From Eledone cirrhosa (Eukaryota): a DNA stretch of 64,000 nucleotides. Position numbers and translations under genes: made by a program. The DNA lies in assembly GCA_964016885.1 (NCBI GenBank), contig OZ024742.1:74090001-74154000 (forward strand), in the 5' to 3' direction. This document shows positions 13,274 through 27,561 of the stretch, piece after piece (position 1 is the stretch's first letter; each line of letters starts with the position of its first letter). Under the pieces are notes generated by a model that saw only the letters and a list, made by a program, of their open reading frames with translations, was not told the DNA's origin and ran no database searches.

Positions 13274-14759
13274 TGTCACGGGTAAATCTGCAGATATGAA
13301 GGATATGGAACGCAAACCACCAGCATAGTTATAGCGTCACAATCGGAAATAGCTACACCATGAAACCCACCGTCATTTCATCCAAATCAAATTGACTTCT
13401 CGTTCTTCTCACTCGGTTGCTCTCTGGCATGATTATCAGCCAACAACCGGCTGTAGGGGTCACCGATCATTAAGACAATGCTGCTGCTAGGTCAATGAAC
13501 CTGTCGTGCACCAGTCGTGCACCAGTCAATGTCTTCACACATTCACTCACAAATTCCAGCATATCCCAACAAAATGGTCGAATCTGCGAATGAAACACTC
13601 CATTATATGAAACCTTTTACATATTCTGGCTGTTATATTTTGCTACATGATGTCATTTGGTTTACTGTTTTGGTTTGTCTCAATTCATCGTAATCCTTAT
13701 TGTTATTCAACTATATCAATCAACACGTACAACAAACGACTAAACATCGACCATCGTTTCATCAGCTTCAACAAACATAACACTTCAAAACCCCAATGAG
13801 TAACTAAATAACCACTAAAATGACAACCACCAGCACCACAAAAATTTCTACTAAATATATAGTGGTCGGTTCTAGTTTACTTAGTTGATAATTTAATATG
13901 ATGTTCAATAGGATTTATTACCTTTAAACATATTTTAAATTACCGGCCAAGTTTTTATTTTAGGCGGCACTCTAGTGTTACTACTTTTTGAAAAAATTGC
14001 GCTATATTTTATAAAACTGATCTGGCAACCCAGTTTCCATAAACCAAATCTATCAATTGAACAACTTAAAGCAATTGTCCCTGTCAGTCAACGCCTCCCA
14101 TATATTCTGATACCATAGTTTCTTATATTAACAGGATCACATTAACGATAGAAAAAATTAATGGCCAGGAATATATCAGGTTGTAACTAAAGTTCTGTCC
14201 ATTTAAAAAAAATAAATCTTGAGTTAGATTTAAGGCTGTCTAACTTCTCAATTATCTTTGGAATATGCTGAAACCACTGCTTCATTTTAATTCAAATTTT
14301 GTGGTTTTGGCTCTGTGTTCGCTCCAAGTAAAGAACACATTGGACATGTCATTTTTATAAATTTAAAAAGCCTAATAGTGTAAGTGCAGCGCAGCAGTAA
14401 AATTACTCCATAACACTTATGGAGAAAGCGTAGTGACTGAAAGAAAATGCAGGAGATGGTTTTCACGATTCAGAAAAGGGGACTAAGGCCTGCAGGATGA
14501 ATCAAGAAACCTGAGGCCGAGTGGATGCACTTTATTTCTCTCTCTCTCTCTCTAACCTGTCTGTCTGTCTATCTAATCTGTTCGTTCCTCACACACGCAC
14601 CATATCAACAGAGATATTTATTTCTCCATTGTACGACCGTCTATTTTACGTGGTACTTTTAGTTAAATCAACGAAACCACAGGTGGTCAAAATCTGACGA
14701 GAGTATTTAAATGTTTGTGTCCATTTTATTCCCTTTTCTCTTTTCTACCTATCTCTTCT

Positions 14760-16436
14760 GTGGGACAACACACTTCTAGCCGCTGATTGTCATTACTTAG
14801 GTGCCTTTCCAGAGATCCAGGTCTCCCGGCACTCACGAGACAGCCAGAGAATACCTTCTCTATTTAAGGCTTTTAACATTTCGGGCCGGATTTCATCTTC
14901 CCCAGCGGCCTTGCCACATTTAAGCTCTAAGAGATTATTCACCACTCCCAGATGCACCTTGTGTACACCAGAAGATGCTGTTGTGATCGGGTTTATGAGA
15001 TCAGCAAAGTATTCTCTCCATCTCGTGAGGAAGCACGTCTCTGAAGAGAGGAGAACCTCAGGCGCGTTCTTAATAGCAGGTGTGGAAGAGGGTTTCTTAT
15101 TACGAAGTCGGTGGATGGCCTGCCAGAACATTTTATTTGCTGATCTGAAGTCAGATTCCAACTAAACCCCAAGGTCCTCTCATATCTTAACTTTGGACTC
15201 ATTACTGTCTCTGTTTCGATTCTTCATGCCTGCTTGTACTGCAAGTGCAAGAAGGAGGACTTATTTTTAAACCAAGCTTTGTAAGCCTTCTTCTTTGCTC
15301 GGATGGCAACTTTGATTGAACCAAGGGGTCCTCCTGCCACCTGCCGCCATACCAAGCCTCCTTCGCCTGCAGCTTCTAACATCTGAAGCAGAAACTGCTG
15401 AGCTGAACAATCTCCACTTTGACTCAACGTCTTTGGTTTGCTCAGGGAGTTCTCTGAATTTGGATACAATAGTATCTGCATACTTGGCCCTGACTTCCTT
15501 ATCCACCAATATTTCCCACTTCATCCTGTAGGTCGCCCAGGATCTGTCAGTTTTGTAGTCTTCTTTGGCTTTAAATAGTCTCAAGTTACAAATAACTAGA
15601 TGGTGATCAGTTGACAGCTCAGCTCCTCTCTTAACACAAACATCCATCACAGAATCAAAGAGATCAGAGACCATTACAAAATCAATTAATGATCTCTGTC
15701 CCTGATTCCCCTTATACCATGTATATTTGTGGATGTCTGTGCTGGAAGAAGGTGTTCATAATATAGATCCTTTTACCAGAACAGAAGTCTAGTAAGGCCT
15801 CTCCATTCGTATTTAGATCGGGGCCGCCATTCCTTTCAATCGCCATTCCTTTCAATCCTTTTCAGGTAATCAGTGCCAACATGTGCATTGAAGTCTCCCA
15901 TCAAGATATGACTCAGTCTTAACTACATCTGACGCTGCAGTGACTTCATCAAGGAAGGACCTGTATTCGGACTCCTTGTTCGGTGCATAAACTTGCACCA
16001 CCCTCACAGACCAATCTTTCAGTCCATAGCACATTCTGACAGGAATGTCCATCCTCCATCTAAATCTACAGTATCAGAGCCACAGAACTTTGTTGAGGAA
16101 ACCCCGACTATATCTACCTGGTAGCATCTAGCCTCCTCGAGTTCCTGTTCCTTACCTGTAAAGGTTGTGATATTCGAGGTTCCAATTGTCAAGGTTTGCT
16201 CCCTTCCGGACCTTCTTTGGGGTCTCAGGATACACAATCTTTGTGTGTTCATCCCACCACGCCTCACAAAACTGGTCGCAGGCCCATCACGAGTTTTTGT
16301 GGCATGAAATGGAAACTAATATATTTTTGAACAGGCTCCTCTATCCAAGGCCTGAACGCGTCCCTTGTTAACCCGCGCGGAGGACGATGCGGTATGGTTC
16401 TTTTTTTCTTTTCCTCATCATATTGCGGTTAACAAG
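14760..16436 (-). mobile_element. RTE-type LINE 5' portion (APE endonuclease to RT start), frameshifted
   Basis: ORF pieces VVQVYAPN, RGAELSTDHHLV and GKAAGEDEIRPEMLKAL are typical APE/RT LINE motifs. Confidence 0.9.
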
Positions 16437-16567
16437 TTAACGAGTAAAATATAGGAATATGTATATGTATGTGTGTATATGTGTGCATAGGGAAGTATAT
16501 TTATATGTATATGAGAGTGAGAGAGACGTTACTGCCATATGTGTGTGTATGTGTGTGTGTGTGTGTG

Positions 16568-16607
<40 letters not shown>

Positions 16608-16633
16608 CGTGTGTACATACACACACACACACG

Positions 16634-16685
<52 letters not shown>

Positions 16686-16739
16686 AATATATTATACATG
16701 TGTATACATGTATATATATGTATACATATATATATATAA

Positions 16740-17025
16740 CCATGGGATTTGTATCCCCAAGGCACAAGTCCAGGCAAGATTGTTTGTGGAATACCAGCAG
16801 TCGCCCATACATACCAGTCTTCTCCCTCCACACCACTGGAAAGGCAAAGGCCGATACAGCTTGGCATCAGTGACGTCACAACTCATTTATACAGCGGAGT
16901 GGACTGAAGCAACGTGAAATAAAGTATCTTGCTCAAGGAGACAACACATCACCTTGTCCAAGAATTGAACCCAAAACCTTCCGGTTGCAAGCCTACCGCT
17001 CAAACTACTAAGCCATGCGCCTTCA
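16740..17025 (-). mobile_element. tRNA-derived SINE, family B
   Basis: Minus strand reads gaaggcgcatggcttagtag..gggttcaattc..tccttgagcaagatactttatttcacgttgc; relatives near 17878, 41810 and 49900. Confidence 0.8.
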
Positions 17026-17069
<44 letters not shown>

Positions 17070-17111
17070 GGCGCCGCGGTCAAGATTATACCCCTCTCTC
17101 TCTCTCTTTCC

Positions 17112-17199
<88 letters not shown>

Positions 17200-17559
17200 G
17201 GCGGTCACACACACATTTAATTCTACATACAATCATTTCTCTTTTCACCAGAGCCTCTCTCTCTTTTTTTTTAAATTCCTCCTATCTCTGTTTGCAACAT
17301 ATTTAATCTGGCGGAGAGAAGTGAGGTCGTTGTCCTACTTTCCATAACTTGTCTTCTTACCTTTGCTTATTTCCACATGTATACTCTTCGTGGTCAATAA
17401 AATAAGTACCAGACAAATTAATGTTATCGATGAAATTGGAATAGCCACCATGCCGACGGTGCCTCAACATGCCCGCAGTCCATCAATAAAAGCAAACATA
17501 CGTGTGTGTGTGTACACAAACACATACATATATGGAAAAAAATATAAATCTGATAACAA

Positions 17560-18880
17560 TACTCAATATGTATTGCTAGTTTCCAATACAATTTCTCTCT
17601 GTATTACATTACTATACCATTTTGTAATAGTAATACACTAATACAACATAGTATAATACAGTAGCACAACAGGATAATCGATTACTCGAGTATAACACCT
17701 ACTCCAGTATTACGATAGCTTACTATTAAACTATCATAAAGATATTATTCAATACAACACTGGTATAACCGAGTATTATACTAAGACAATACAGTATTAC
17801 ATTAGTATAATCAAATATTCATTAACATAACGCAGTGTTACGCGAATATGATACGTAGTCCAGTACTACTATTAGTGAAGGCGCGTAGCTTAGTGGTTAG
17901 AGAATTGGATTCGAGTTCGATTCCAGGACAAGGCGATACGTTATGTCCTTGAGCAAGTCACTTTATTTCACGTTACTCCTTCTGCTAGGAATTGTGACCG
18001 GTAGATAGTATTAGCAATTGGAATGACCAATGGAAAAATTGTTTCCTTGGTCGGATTTGATGAGTTCGACCCCACTCTAAGCGTATGACAACGATATAAC
18101 CTAATACAACACTAGTGTAATCCAGTATTATACTAGTATAATACAGCATTACATTAGTATATTTCACGAGTATAACTTATTATACTTACAATATCTAATC
18201 TAGGGTTTCTATAGTCTACTAATAGACTGACACGATATAATCCAGGACTACACTAGCATAACCAGTGTTACGTGGGTATAAACCAGTATTACGCTAGTAT
18301 CATACAATATCTCACTAATATCACACAATGTTACGCAAGTATAACCCAATATTACGCGAGTATAACCTATTATTATATAATAACTTGTTATAATATCTAC
18401 TCCAGTATTACTATATGACGTATTTTACTGCAGCACCACGGTGGAGAAATTTAGTCGATCATATTGACTCCAGTATTTATTTTTTTCAAGTCTGGTACTT
18501 ATTTTATCGATCTCTCTTTGTCGAATCGCTAATGTTGGAATGTAAACACGCACGACGGGCTTCCGCACAGTTTTCGTCTCCTAAATTTCCCTCACAAGGT
18601 AAACTCGAGGCTATAGTATAAGACGCTTGTCCAAGGTGCCACATAGTGGGACTGAACTCGAAACGAGATCTTTAAACACACAGTTATGTCTGTGTCTATT
18701 ATCTAAATTAACATTATCGCAGCAATATATATAGCCCAGTATTACATGAGTATAATTAAATATTACATGATTTTAACACCATACTTCGTATTAATATTGT
18801 CTAGTATTATTCTGTATATTCTAGCAGAACAGTATATACGTCTGTGTACTCCAGTATTACAATAGTGTAATACATTATAA
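17560..18880. repeat. Degenerate ~20-bp minisatellite interrupted by SINEs
   Basis: Recurring ccagtattacactagtataa-like unit. Confidence 0.65.
17878..17985 (+). mobile_element. tRNA-derived SINE, family B (5' part)
   Basis: A-box tagcttagtgg and B-box gagttcgattcc, then tccttgagcaagtcactttatttcacg. Confidence 0.75.
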
Positions 18881-20191
18881 GGTAGTGTTAAGTTAGCACA
18901 TGTTTAATGTTCAAACCCGCCAAAACCGGCCAGAATTCTCTACCTCTTTCTGTTGAAACTGGCTGTAACTGGTCACTCAAACTGATGATAAGGTATTGTT
19001 CTCAAAATAAATACTTTCAAAATCTCATAGATTCGATATTATGTGAGATAATTATGCGAGGAAAAGCCTTTACCATGAAAATATATAATAGTATATATAG
19101 AGTAATGTGAATGTTAAAGGGTTAAAACAGTATTACACATGAGATGTAATTCCTCCTGTATTGCCATATAATAAAAGCTCAGCTCTAGATTCAACCAAGC
19201 TACACTCACTCTTTGTTCTTAACACACACGCACACTGTATCACAAATTTCCCTATTTTTTCTTTATTTTATGCTTTTCTTTTCTTTCTCTCATCTCCACC
19301 AACAACTTCCTACTCACCCTCTTTGCTTTTTTTTAATATATATTTCAGCCATCATCATCATCAGCACAATCACCAACACCACCATCCCCTCTCCTCATTC
19401 GCCTAGCTTTTCTCTTCCTTATCTCTCTCTAATTCCTCCTTTTATATTCACATTTCCATCTCTATTTGGCCTTTTTTTAAATCGGGTTTTTACACCGCTA
19501 TTCTATTGATATTACTCCCTCCCTGCGATAACTCTATTATCCCCCACCTTTCCATTCTCTATATTCACTTTAGTCTTCTCTCTCTTCTCTGCAACATATT
19601 TAACCTAATCGTTTTACGGAGGGAAGTGAGGTCGTTCTCCTATTCCTACTACCTTAATCTTCTTACCTCTGCCTATTCCTACGGCTTTCCTCTCATATCT
19701 CTTTCTCCTCTCTTCCTCTCTCCCTTTAGCCTTTGTCTACGCTCTTCTATTATTCAAACACACCCCCACACTCTCAGTTTATGTTCCGGTATAATTTTTC
19801 TTCCGTTTCACTCTTGCTTCTTCTTTCTCTCTACATCACTTCCCACCATCTTCTACTACTACCCCACCACCGCACATAGTGCCTAAATTTTCACCCCCCT
19901 TTAATGTTAGTTCTTTCTTCGTCTTACCTCCAGCTACTACTCTTTATCTGTTTATCTCCTCCCTCCTACAGAAACTACGTCCTTCTCCTGCCTCCGCCAA
20001 ACACTTTTCTCTTAATCCTGCTCCCTCCTCCTCCTACCTTGTCCGCACTCGTTTATTAACATCCGGGCATTCACCATTTCATTCTCTCTAACCTACTTCT
20101 TTCTTTACATCATTCTTCATTTTTCTGGCTTTTTATTCTTTTACTTCTTCAACTTTATTCTTTCGAAAGAGAGGGAAAACTACACACACGC

Positions 20192-20262
<71 letters not shown>

Positions 20263-20302
20263 AGAATACATATAATCTATATCTATCTATCTATATATAT
20301 GA

Positions 20303-20441
<139 letters not shown>

Positions 20442-21454
20442 TATATACACTATATAAATATATATATTATCAATAAGAGACTACAGCTTTATAGAGAGGG
20501 TGAGGGAGGTTGTTATTTTTCAACCATGTGGATCGCCGTTCCATCTACCGAGAACGCCCCTGCTGCATAACGGCTTTTACCTCCCACACATCCCCTATCT
20601 AACCTTACTCCTACACTAATCTTTGCTTAACCCCCCCCCCCTCTCTGCTTCTCCTTACACCGCTACCCTTACTTATCCACTTGCTCCGGCTCTTACAAGA
20701 ATTTCATCACACCCGTTATTTTTATTCCAAATCATATAACCTGAGTTTCAGAACATTCTGAATATATATATATTATATATACCTGTGTGTACATTTATCT
20801 TACACATACGTAGATGCATATACATCTACGTTTATATGCATATGTATCTCTCACTCTCTCTTATATATATACATGGATGTTTATATCTATATATTCTTTC
20901 TGTGTGTTGTGCACCCACCTCGTCTGGCCTTCCCTCATACTTCTCCGCCGTCATTTTACCTCCTCTCTTTATAGTTCTACATTTTCTATCTCTCACTCTC
21001 TCTTATTACCAGCCAGCTGGTTTCTCCTCTACTTCCCTCTCCTCCTTCTCTTTCATACGCTTTTGTCAAGCCCTCTCTCTCTCTATCACATCTACCACCC
21101 TTATTTTATTACACTCTCTCTCTTTAAATTCTTTCTCTCCCACTACTTTAATGTTTCATTATTCTCCCCTCAACCACTCTAACTCCACTCAACTCTACAC
21201 CCTTCCCTCAACTGCTTACTAATCGCTGTGCTAGATTCCCCTCTCACTAACCCCCTCCTACTACAGCTATTTTCCTCCTTCTTCCCCCTCTCTTGCTTCC
21301 TCCTCCTCTCGCTCTCTTGCTTCCTTCTCTCCCCCCTCCTATATCTCAACTTTCTGTTCACCTAAAAAAACTAAAAAATGTAACAAAAACAAAACATTTC
21401 TCAGCCTTCGTTGCTTTTTTAAAAACATTTTTTCTTTTTCTTTTTCTTTTTCTA

Positions 21455-21549
21455 ATACCACCGCCACCGCCACCACCACCACCAAAACACCACCACCTCC
21501 AGCACACTACGACAACGACCATCACCCCAGCACCACTATCACTACTACA

Positions 21550-21581
<32 letters not shown>

Positions 21582-21724
21582 CACTACCACTACTACTACT
21601 GCTGCTGCTTCTGCTGCCACTACCATTACTGCTACCACAACAACACTACCATTACTACTGTCGTTACCACCATTTCTACTAGCACCAGCACCACCACTGT
21701 CATAACATCACATATTACTAGTTG

Positions 21725-21761
<37 letters not shown>

Positions 21762-22325
21762 GCTACTACTACTATGATACCCCACCACCATCACTACCTC
21801 CCTCATGGTGTAACCGTCACCACCACTACCACTACTCCCTCTTTCATACCCCACCACCATCACCTCCACAACCTAAGCCATACCACCATGTCGACCACTA
21901 CTACCACTACCACTACCACTACCACCACGGCTACTACTACTACTACTACTACTATTACTACTACTACTACTACTACTACTACCACTACGACTACTACCAC
22001 TGCCACTACTACTACTACCACTACTACCGCGACTACTACCACTACGACTACTACCACTACTCCTACCACCACCACTACTACCACTACGACTACTACCACT
22101 ACTACCACCACCACTACTACCACTACGACTACTACCACTGCCGCTACTACTACTACCACTACGACTACTACCACTGCCGCTACTACTACCACTACTACCA
22201 CCACCACTACTACCACTACCACTACGACTACTACCACTGCCGCTACTACTACCACTACTACCACCACCACTACTACCACTACCACTACTACCACTGCCGC
22301 TACTATTACCACTACTCCTACTCCT
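21455..22325. repeat. (CTA/CCA)n trinucleotide low-complexity tract
   Basis: Direct reading; gives rise to spurious poly-T/Y/H ORFs. Confidence 0.95.
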
Positions 22326-22506
22326 ACTTTAGACTTTCCAGCTATTTGTTTACCATTTTTTGTATTTATTTCGCGCGCTATTTTGCTCTCTCATTCCTTA
22401 CGCTTTTACTTTGCTATTTACTGTCTCACTGTATCTCTCTCTCCCTTTCTCTCATAAACACACACAGACTGAACACGTAACGTTAAATGTATATATATAA
22501 ATATAA

Positions 22507-22548
<42 letters not shown>

Positions 22549-22913
22549 TTATCTATCTATATGTGTATGTGCGTGTGTGTCTGTGTGGGTGTATGCGTGT
22601 GTACATATGCGAATTGGCAGAGTCGTTAGAACGTCGGATAGAATGCTTTGTGATATTCGTTCTGGCTCTCTGCGTTTTGAGTTCAAATCGGGCAGAGGTC
22701 TCCTTTTTAGGTCGATAAAAGAAGTACCAGTCCAGAACCGGAATCAATTTTTTTTATATCACTTCCTCTCTGTTATACTTTTTTTCTTTCTCTGGGAGAA
22801 ATCGATGGTGTTTAGACCAAAAGAGTGGATGGGCTCCGCCAGGTTTCAAATGCTAAGAAACGCCGTATGTTACTACAACGCCGTTACGACAGCACTATGA
22901 TTTACTAAGTCTG

Positions 22914-23130
22914 AGGGCGGTGGATTGGCAGTATCGGTAGAGGGTCGGACGCCATGCTTTGCAGCATAGAGTTACGGCCCTTCATGATCTGAGTTCAAAT
23001 CCCACCGAGGTTAACTTTGCCTTTCATCCTTACGAGGGCGATAAAATAAAGTACCAGTCACGCACTGGGGTCGATATAATCGACTTTCTCCTCCCCCAAA
23101 ATTGCTGGCCTTGTGCCTATATAAGAAACC
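22914..23130 (+). mobile_element. tRNA-derived SINE, family A (full length)
   Basis: tggcagtatcgg A-box, gagttcaaatccc B-box and conserved core; flanked by repeated cactatgatttactaagtctg (TSD-like). Confidence 0.9.
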
Positions 23131-23179
23131 ACTATGATTTACTAAGTCTGTCTCTCGCCTGGAGGTTCATCTGGCCAGC

Positions 23180-23525
23180 ACACGACAAAGACAATGGGAA
23201 AAACAATGGAAAGATGGACAGTCCCATCTCCTCAGTCAACCTCTGGTAATCACGACGAATTTAATATTGATATCGTTCATTCCTGTTCACATTGGGACGC
23301 AAAAATACAGGTAGAGACAAGTTATGCGTCAACTGACAAAGAAGGGAGAGAACAGTGCGCAAGGGCTTAGCCAAAGGAGAAAAACATAGAAAGGAGAGAA
23401 ATTGTAAAAGAGAAGGGAATAATAAGAACTGTAGTCCACCGTGCGGGCAAAGAAGAATGACACCGAGGCGTAGAAAAGGTAAGAAGGGAGAACAGAGGAA
23501 AACAGATCAGGTGGCGTGATGTCTA
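23180..23525. repeat. Dispersed non-coding repeat, also at 37340-37670
   Basis: Shared ggacagtcccatc..agtcaacctc and gtagtccaccgtgc..aaggtaagaagggagaacagaggaaaac blocks, next to (TA)n. Confidence 0.8.
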
Positions 23526-23637
23526 TATATATATAGAATTTGCCGCCGCCCTTAAGGTAGATAAGAAGCTACAATCTCTAGCTAAGCGGGAGGCGTTCCT
23601 CACCCAAAAACCCTGTTCCGTTTAACCATGTCCATTA

Positions 23638-23675
23638 CGAGCTGAGGATCCGCTAAGGTGAAACAATTGTTCTCG
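23638..23675 (+). ncRNA. Minimal type I hammerhead ribozyme motif
   Basis: cgag-CTGAGGA-t-cc-gctaa-gg-t-GAAA-caattg-tt-ctcg: stem I cgag/ctcg, palindromic stem III, GUU site; stem II is weak. Confidence 0.65.
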
Positions 23676-24890
23676 GTATGGTGAACTAACTGTTGTGTAA
23701 CCACTTCTCTATATATATATATATATATGAAGGTCGTCTACTCCATACAAAGCTTGACCACTTCTTGCACTTTATGTCTGTTCCTTCCTGGAATGCGATC
23801 TCAAATGGCTTTGGGATCCTGCAAGCCCGTGAAACACCCGTCCACAAATAATCCAATGATGTCGTATTTAGTTCTTGTTTCCACTTTGGGTTTGCTTATT
23901 GTGTATGTCACTTCAATTCGCCACCTGATTTGCAAATTTGGAAACTGGAACTGATTCTCTGCAATGAAGTTTGAATAGTCAACTAGGACTTGATAAAATA
24001 TGCAAAGCTCAAATGAATGTAGAGAATTAAATATGAGAGTATATAACTGCCACGTTGTTTCAGAATTAGCTCAATGTGTTTACATATTATATTGGTTGAA
24101 AGAAGAAGTAGATTGTTTTTAGTAGACTTGGAAAGGCAGATATAAATACAAAGCAAACATAGTGCCATCAATGGGAATATTTCAAATTCTCCCGAAAGTT
24201 TTAATTCTTTCTCTAACCGAAAATGTAATTGTAGAGTTCCCAGTAATTATATACATGTACTATACGAATACAACACTCTATTAGCTCCTATATTGGAGCC
24301 ACAGCAAATTCATTTAAAACCCGATATAATTCTCATTTAAACTTATTTAAAAACGATAAAATTAAAAACACTACCTCCTTAGCAAGGTATATAACTAGTC
24401 TAATTGAGTCTAAACATAGCTATAATTTCCAATGGGAAATATTGGACAAATCTATTCCGTACAAAGACAATAAGAAGTCTTGTCGGTTATGTCTCTCGGG
24501 AGCACATTTTTGTCGGTTATGTCTATCGGGAGCATATTTTTTCACAATGTCGACCCCAAAACCTTGTGAATAGTAGAAATAAATTAGTAATTAATTATCC
24601 ACCTAGTGGTTCCTCTGGTTTCTTTTAAAAAAAAAAAAAATTTGTTGATGTGTGTGTGTATATCTAGGATGCATATATATCTGTGTGTGTGTGTATATCT
24701 ATGTATATGGGAGTGTATGTGTACGTATATACACATACGTGTATGTATGTATATATATATATATTGATCCAAGTATATGAATATGTACATGTGTACGTAT
24801 GCATGTAACTGTTCGTCTATATGATATTTTTATAAGTGTATCCTCTGTATCGTCATATTTGACTGGATGTCTCCAATTCCGTGAAAAGTA

Positions 24891-24936
<46 letters not shown>

Positions 24937-25532
24937 AAATAATGAATAAAACAATGAAACAGTTCCTTATATTAAACAAAAAAAGTTCATTATTTAACGA
25001 TCGTTTCTAGGATATATATGTGTTAGAATTGGCATGCATATTCAACAGATCTATGTACAAAATTATACAAAATTATACAAACTATCAAAATTAAATATAC
25101 ATACCAAACACATATATATGCCGTCTTCAGAAATAATATATATATATAGTCCTCCGCTGTTTGTTGTTTTGATATTCAAAACAACAAACAGCGGAGGACG
25201 CGTTTCGCACTTTCCGACAGACAATCTTTCCCCCGCCCCGGAAAAAAACCCCAGTTGATGGATGTGAATCCGAAATATATACGGACAATTAAATCTCTCC
25301 CAAGGTAACTCTCTCTCTCGTGTTGTTATTTTAATTTTATCCTTTATACTCTTTCCTTCATTCTTCTACACGTCTTATACACACCACGCATCTCAACGTA
25401 CACCCACTTACATCTCTCTCTCCACCACCGGATCTTGTTACCCGGAGATTTACCCATTTGCATTGTCGAGGCTTCCAAACGACTTAAAGATATTTACCTA
25501 TTATTCCACAATGCTTCAAGCAAACTTCAATA

Positions 25533-25626
<94 letters not shown>

Positions 25627-25914
25627 CAAATAACGAAACGAAATTAAATTTCGTTTCGTTTGTAACTCACTTTTGTATGACTGACGCTTAAACAATTAAG
25701 TTAAAAATGTACATCCACATATGTATACTGAAATACTAGTATGCATATGAATACACACACGTATACATATGTAGATGTACCGACTTTTTCACTGGTCACG
25801 TTACTGTGAGTGTCCAGCTATTCTGTATGTAAACACACAGACAAACCGGTTTTTAGAGTCATACTGGTTTTTGAGGAAACACCTTTCCTCTATTCTTCAG
25901 AAAGCCAGACAAGG

Positions 25915-25959
25915 AATATTGAACTAGTCTCGTTGTTGTTACAACTCATCAGCAATATT
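25915..25959 (-). ncRNA. Hammerhead ribozyme copy with GAAA>GAGA core change (probably inactive)
   Basis: Reverse complement of 26350-26394 except caacGAGActag. Confidence 0.8.
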
Positions 25960-26349
25960 TACCTATCTTCCAGCCTTTCTAGAGAATCGTAAAAGCACAT
26001 ATCGTTATATGCTTTTTCTATGAAAATTAGTAGTGGGCAGACTAATTTGCATAGAGCGTGAGTACGTACCGGTTCAACGGAGACGATAAAAACAAATAAC
26101 GAAACGAAATTTCAGTATACATATGTGGATGTACATTTTTAACTTAATTGTTTAAGCGTCAGTCATACAAAAGTGAGTTACAAACGAAACGAAATTTAAT
26201 TTCGTTTCGTTATTTGTTTTTATCGTCTCCGTTGAACCGGTACGTACTCACGCTCTATGCAAATTAGTCTGCCCACTACTAATTTTCATAGAAAAAGCAT
26301 ATAACGATATGTGCTTTTACGATTCTCTAGAAAGGCCGGAAGATAGGTA

Positions 26350-26394
26350 AATATTGCTGATGAGTTGTAACAACAACGAAACTAGTTCAATATT
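26350..26394 (+). ncRNA. Intact minimal type I hammerhead ribozyme
   Basis: aatattg-CTGATGA-gttgt-aaca-acaac-GAAA-ctag-tt-caatatt: 7-bp stem I, 5-bp stem II with G10.1-C11.1, palindromic stem III, GUU site. Confidence 0.9.
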
Positions 26395-26608
26395 CCTTGT
26401 CTGGCTTTCTGGAGAATAGAGGAAAGGTGTTTCCTCAAAAACCAGTATGACTCTAAAAACCGGTTTGTCTGTGTGTTTACATACAGAATAGCTGGACACT
26501 CACAGTAAAGTGACCAGTGAAAAACTCGGTACATCTACATATGTATACGTGTGTGTATTCATATGCATACTAGTATTTCAGTATACATATGTGGATGTAC
26601 ATTTTTAA

Positions 26609-26653
<45 letters not shown>

Positions 26654-26830
26654 TGATATCTGTATGCGGGTGCATAGCTGTCTGTTTATATGCATATATG
26701 TATATGTGTGTTTGAGGATGAGTGTTTTTATTTTAGATGTACTCCGATATTTAATACTAAAACTGTTGACGTCAAAGTGTACTTCTGTATAGATGGATGT
26801 ATCTATATTTGTATATATCTATGTGTGGGA

Positions 26831-26969
<139 letters not shown>

Positions 26970-27507
26970 CGCGTGTGTGTGTATATATGTGTAGGTGTAT
27001 GTGAGTCTATATGAGTATATGTATATGTGTATACATGTAAATGTATCCCTATATATACGTATTTATATGAGGATAAATGTTATTTATTTTCATTTTTTAA
27101 TACAATTCTATGATAATACACAATCTGAGGAGTTATTTCCCTTGAAGTATAAGTGTGAATCCCTTAGTAAGAAATGTTTTTGTTTTTGTTTTTGAATCCT
27201 TTTTTTGTTTTTTTAACACTAGGAAAAGTAGCATCGTTAAAGTGACGTATTAACCGTTATTTTTCATATTTTAATCACTCACTATGCCAATGGATAGATT
27301 TGAGACGGTCCCCATCCAGTCTAAGAATGAATTTCGGATACATTTTGCTCCAATTTAATTTTTTTATGCCTCTGAAGATGATATATTATTGTGTATAAAA
27401 AGAACTTGATTAAACGAATTTTCACCTAATATTACTCGAATAATTTGATGTACAATTTTCTCGCAACATGTGTAAGGATGTAAGAATGATTTTCATCTAT
27501 ATATTTG

Positions 27508-27561
<54 letters not shown>

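Larger units (their letters stand above)
25621..26611. mobile_element. Divergent inverted pair of a 466-bp HHR-containing monomer inside (TA)n
   Basis: Left arm repeats at 25621/26087 and right arm at 26110/26576, both 466 bp apart; the arms are reverse complements in different phase. Confidence 0.9.

Noticed and set aside
21722-22480. Long Y/H/T-rich ORFs
   Set aside because: Translations of a (CTA/CCA)n tract that lacks stops; no splice or domain evidence.
25855-25905. Second HHR-like motif in the 466-bp unit (ctgaaga..gaggaaa/tttcctc..aaaa)
   Set aside because: Lacks GAAA in both arms, and the other arm reads ctggaga; could be a relic but is not supportable.
25810-26499. Pair of near-identical 60-aa ORFs on opposite strands
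   Set aside because: By-product of the inverted repeat; GTG start, antisense to the HHR, no recognisable domain.
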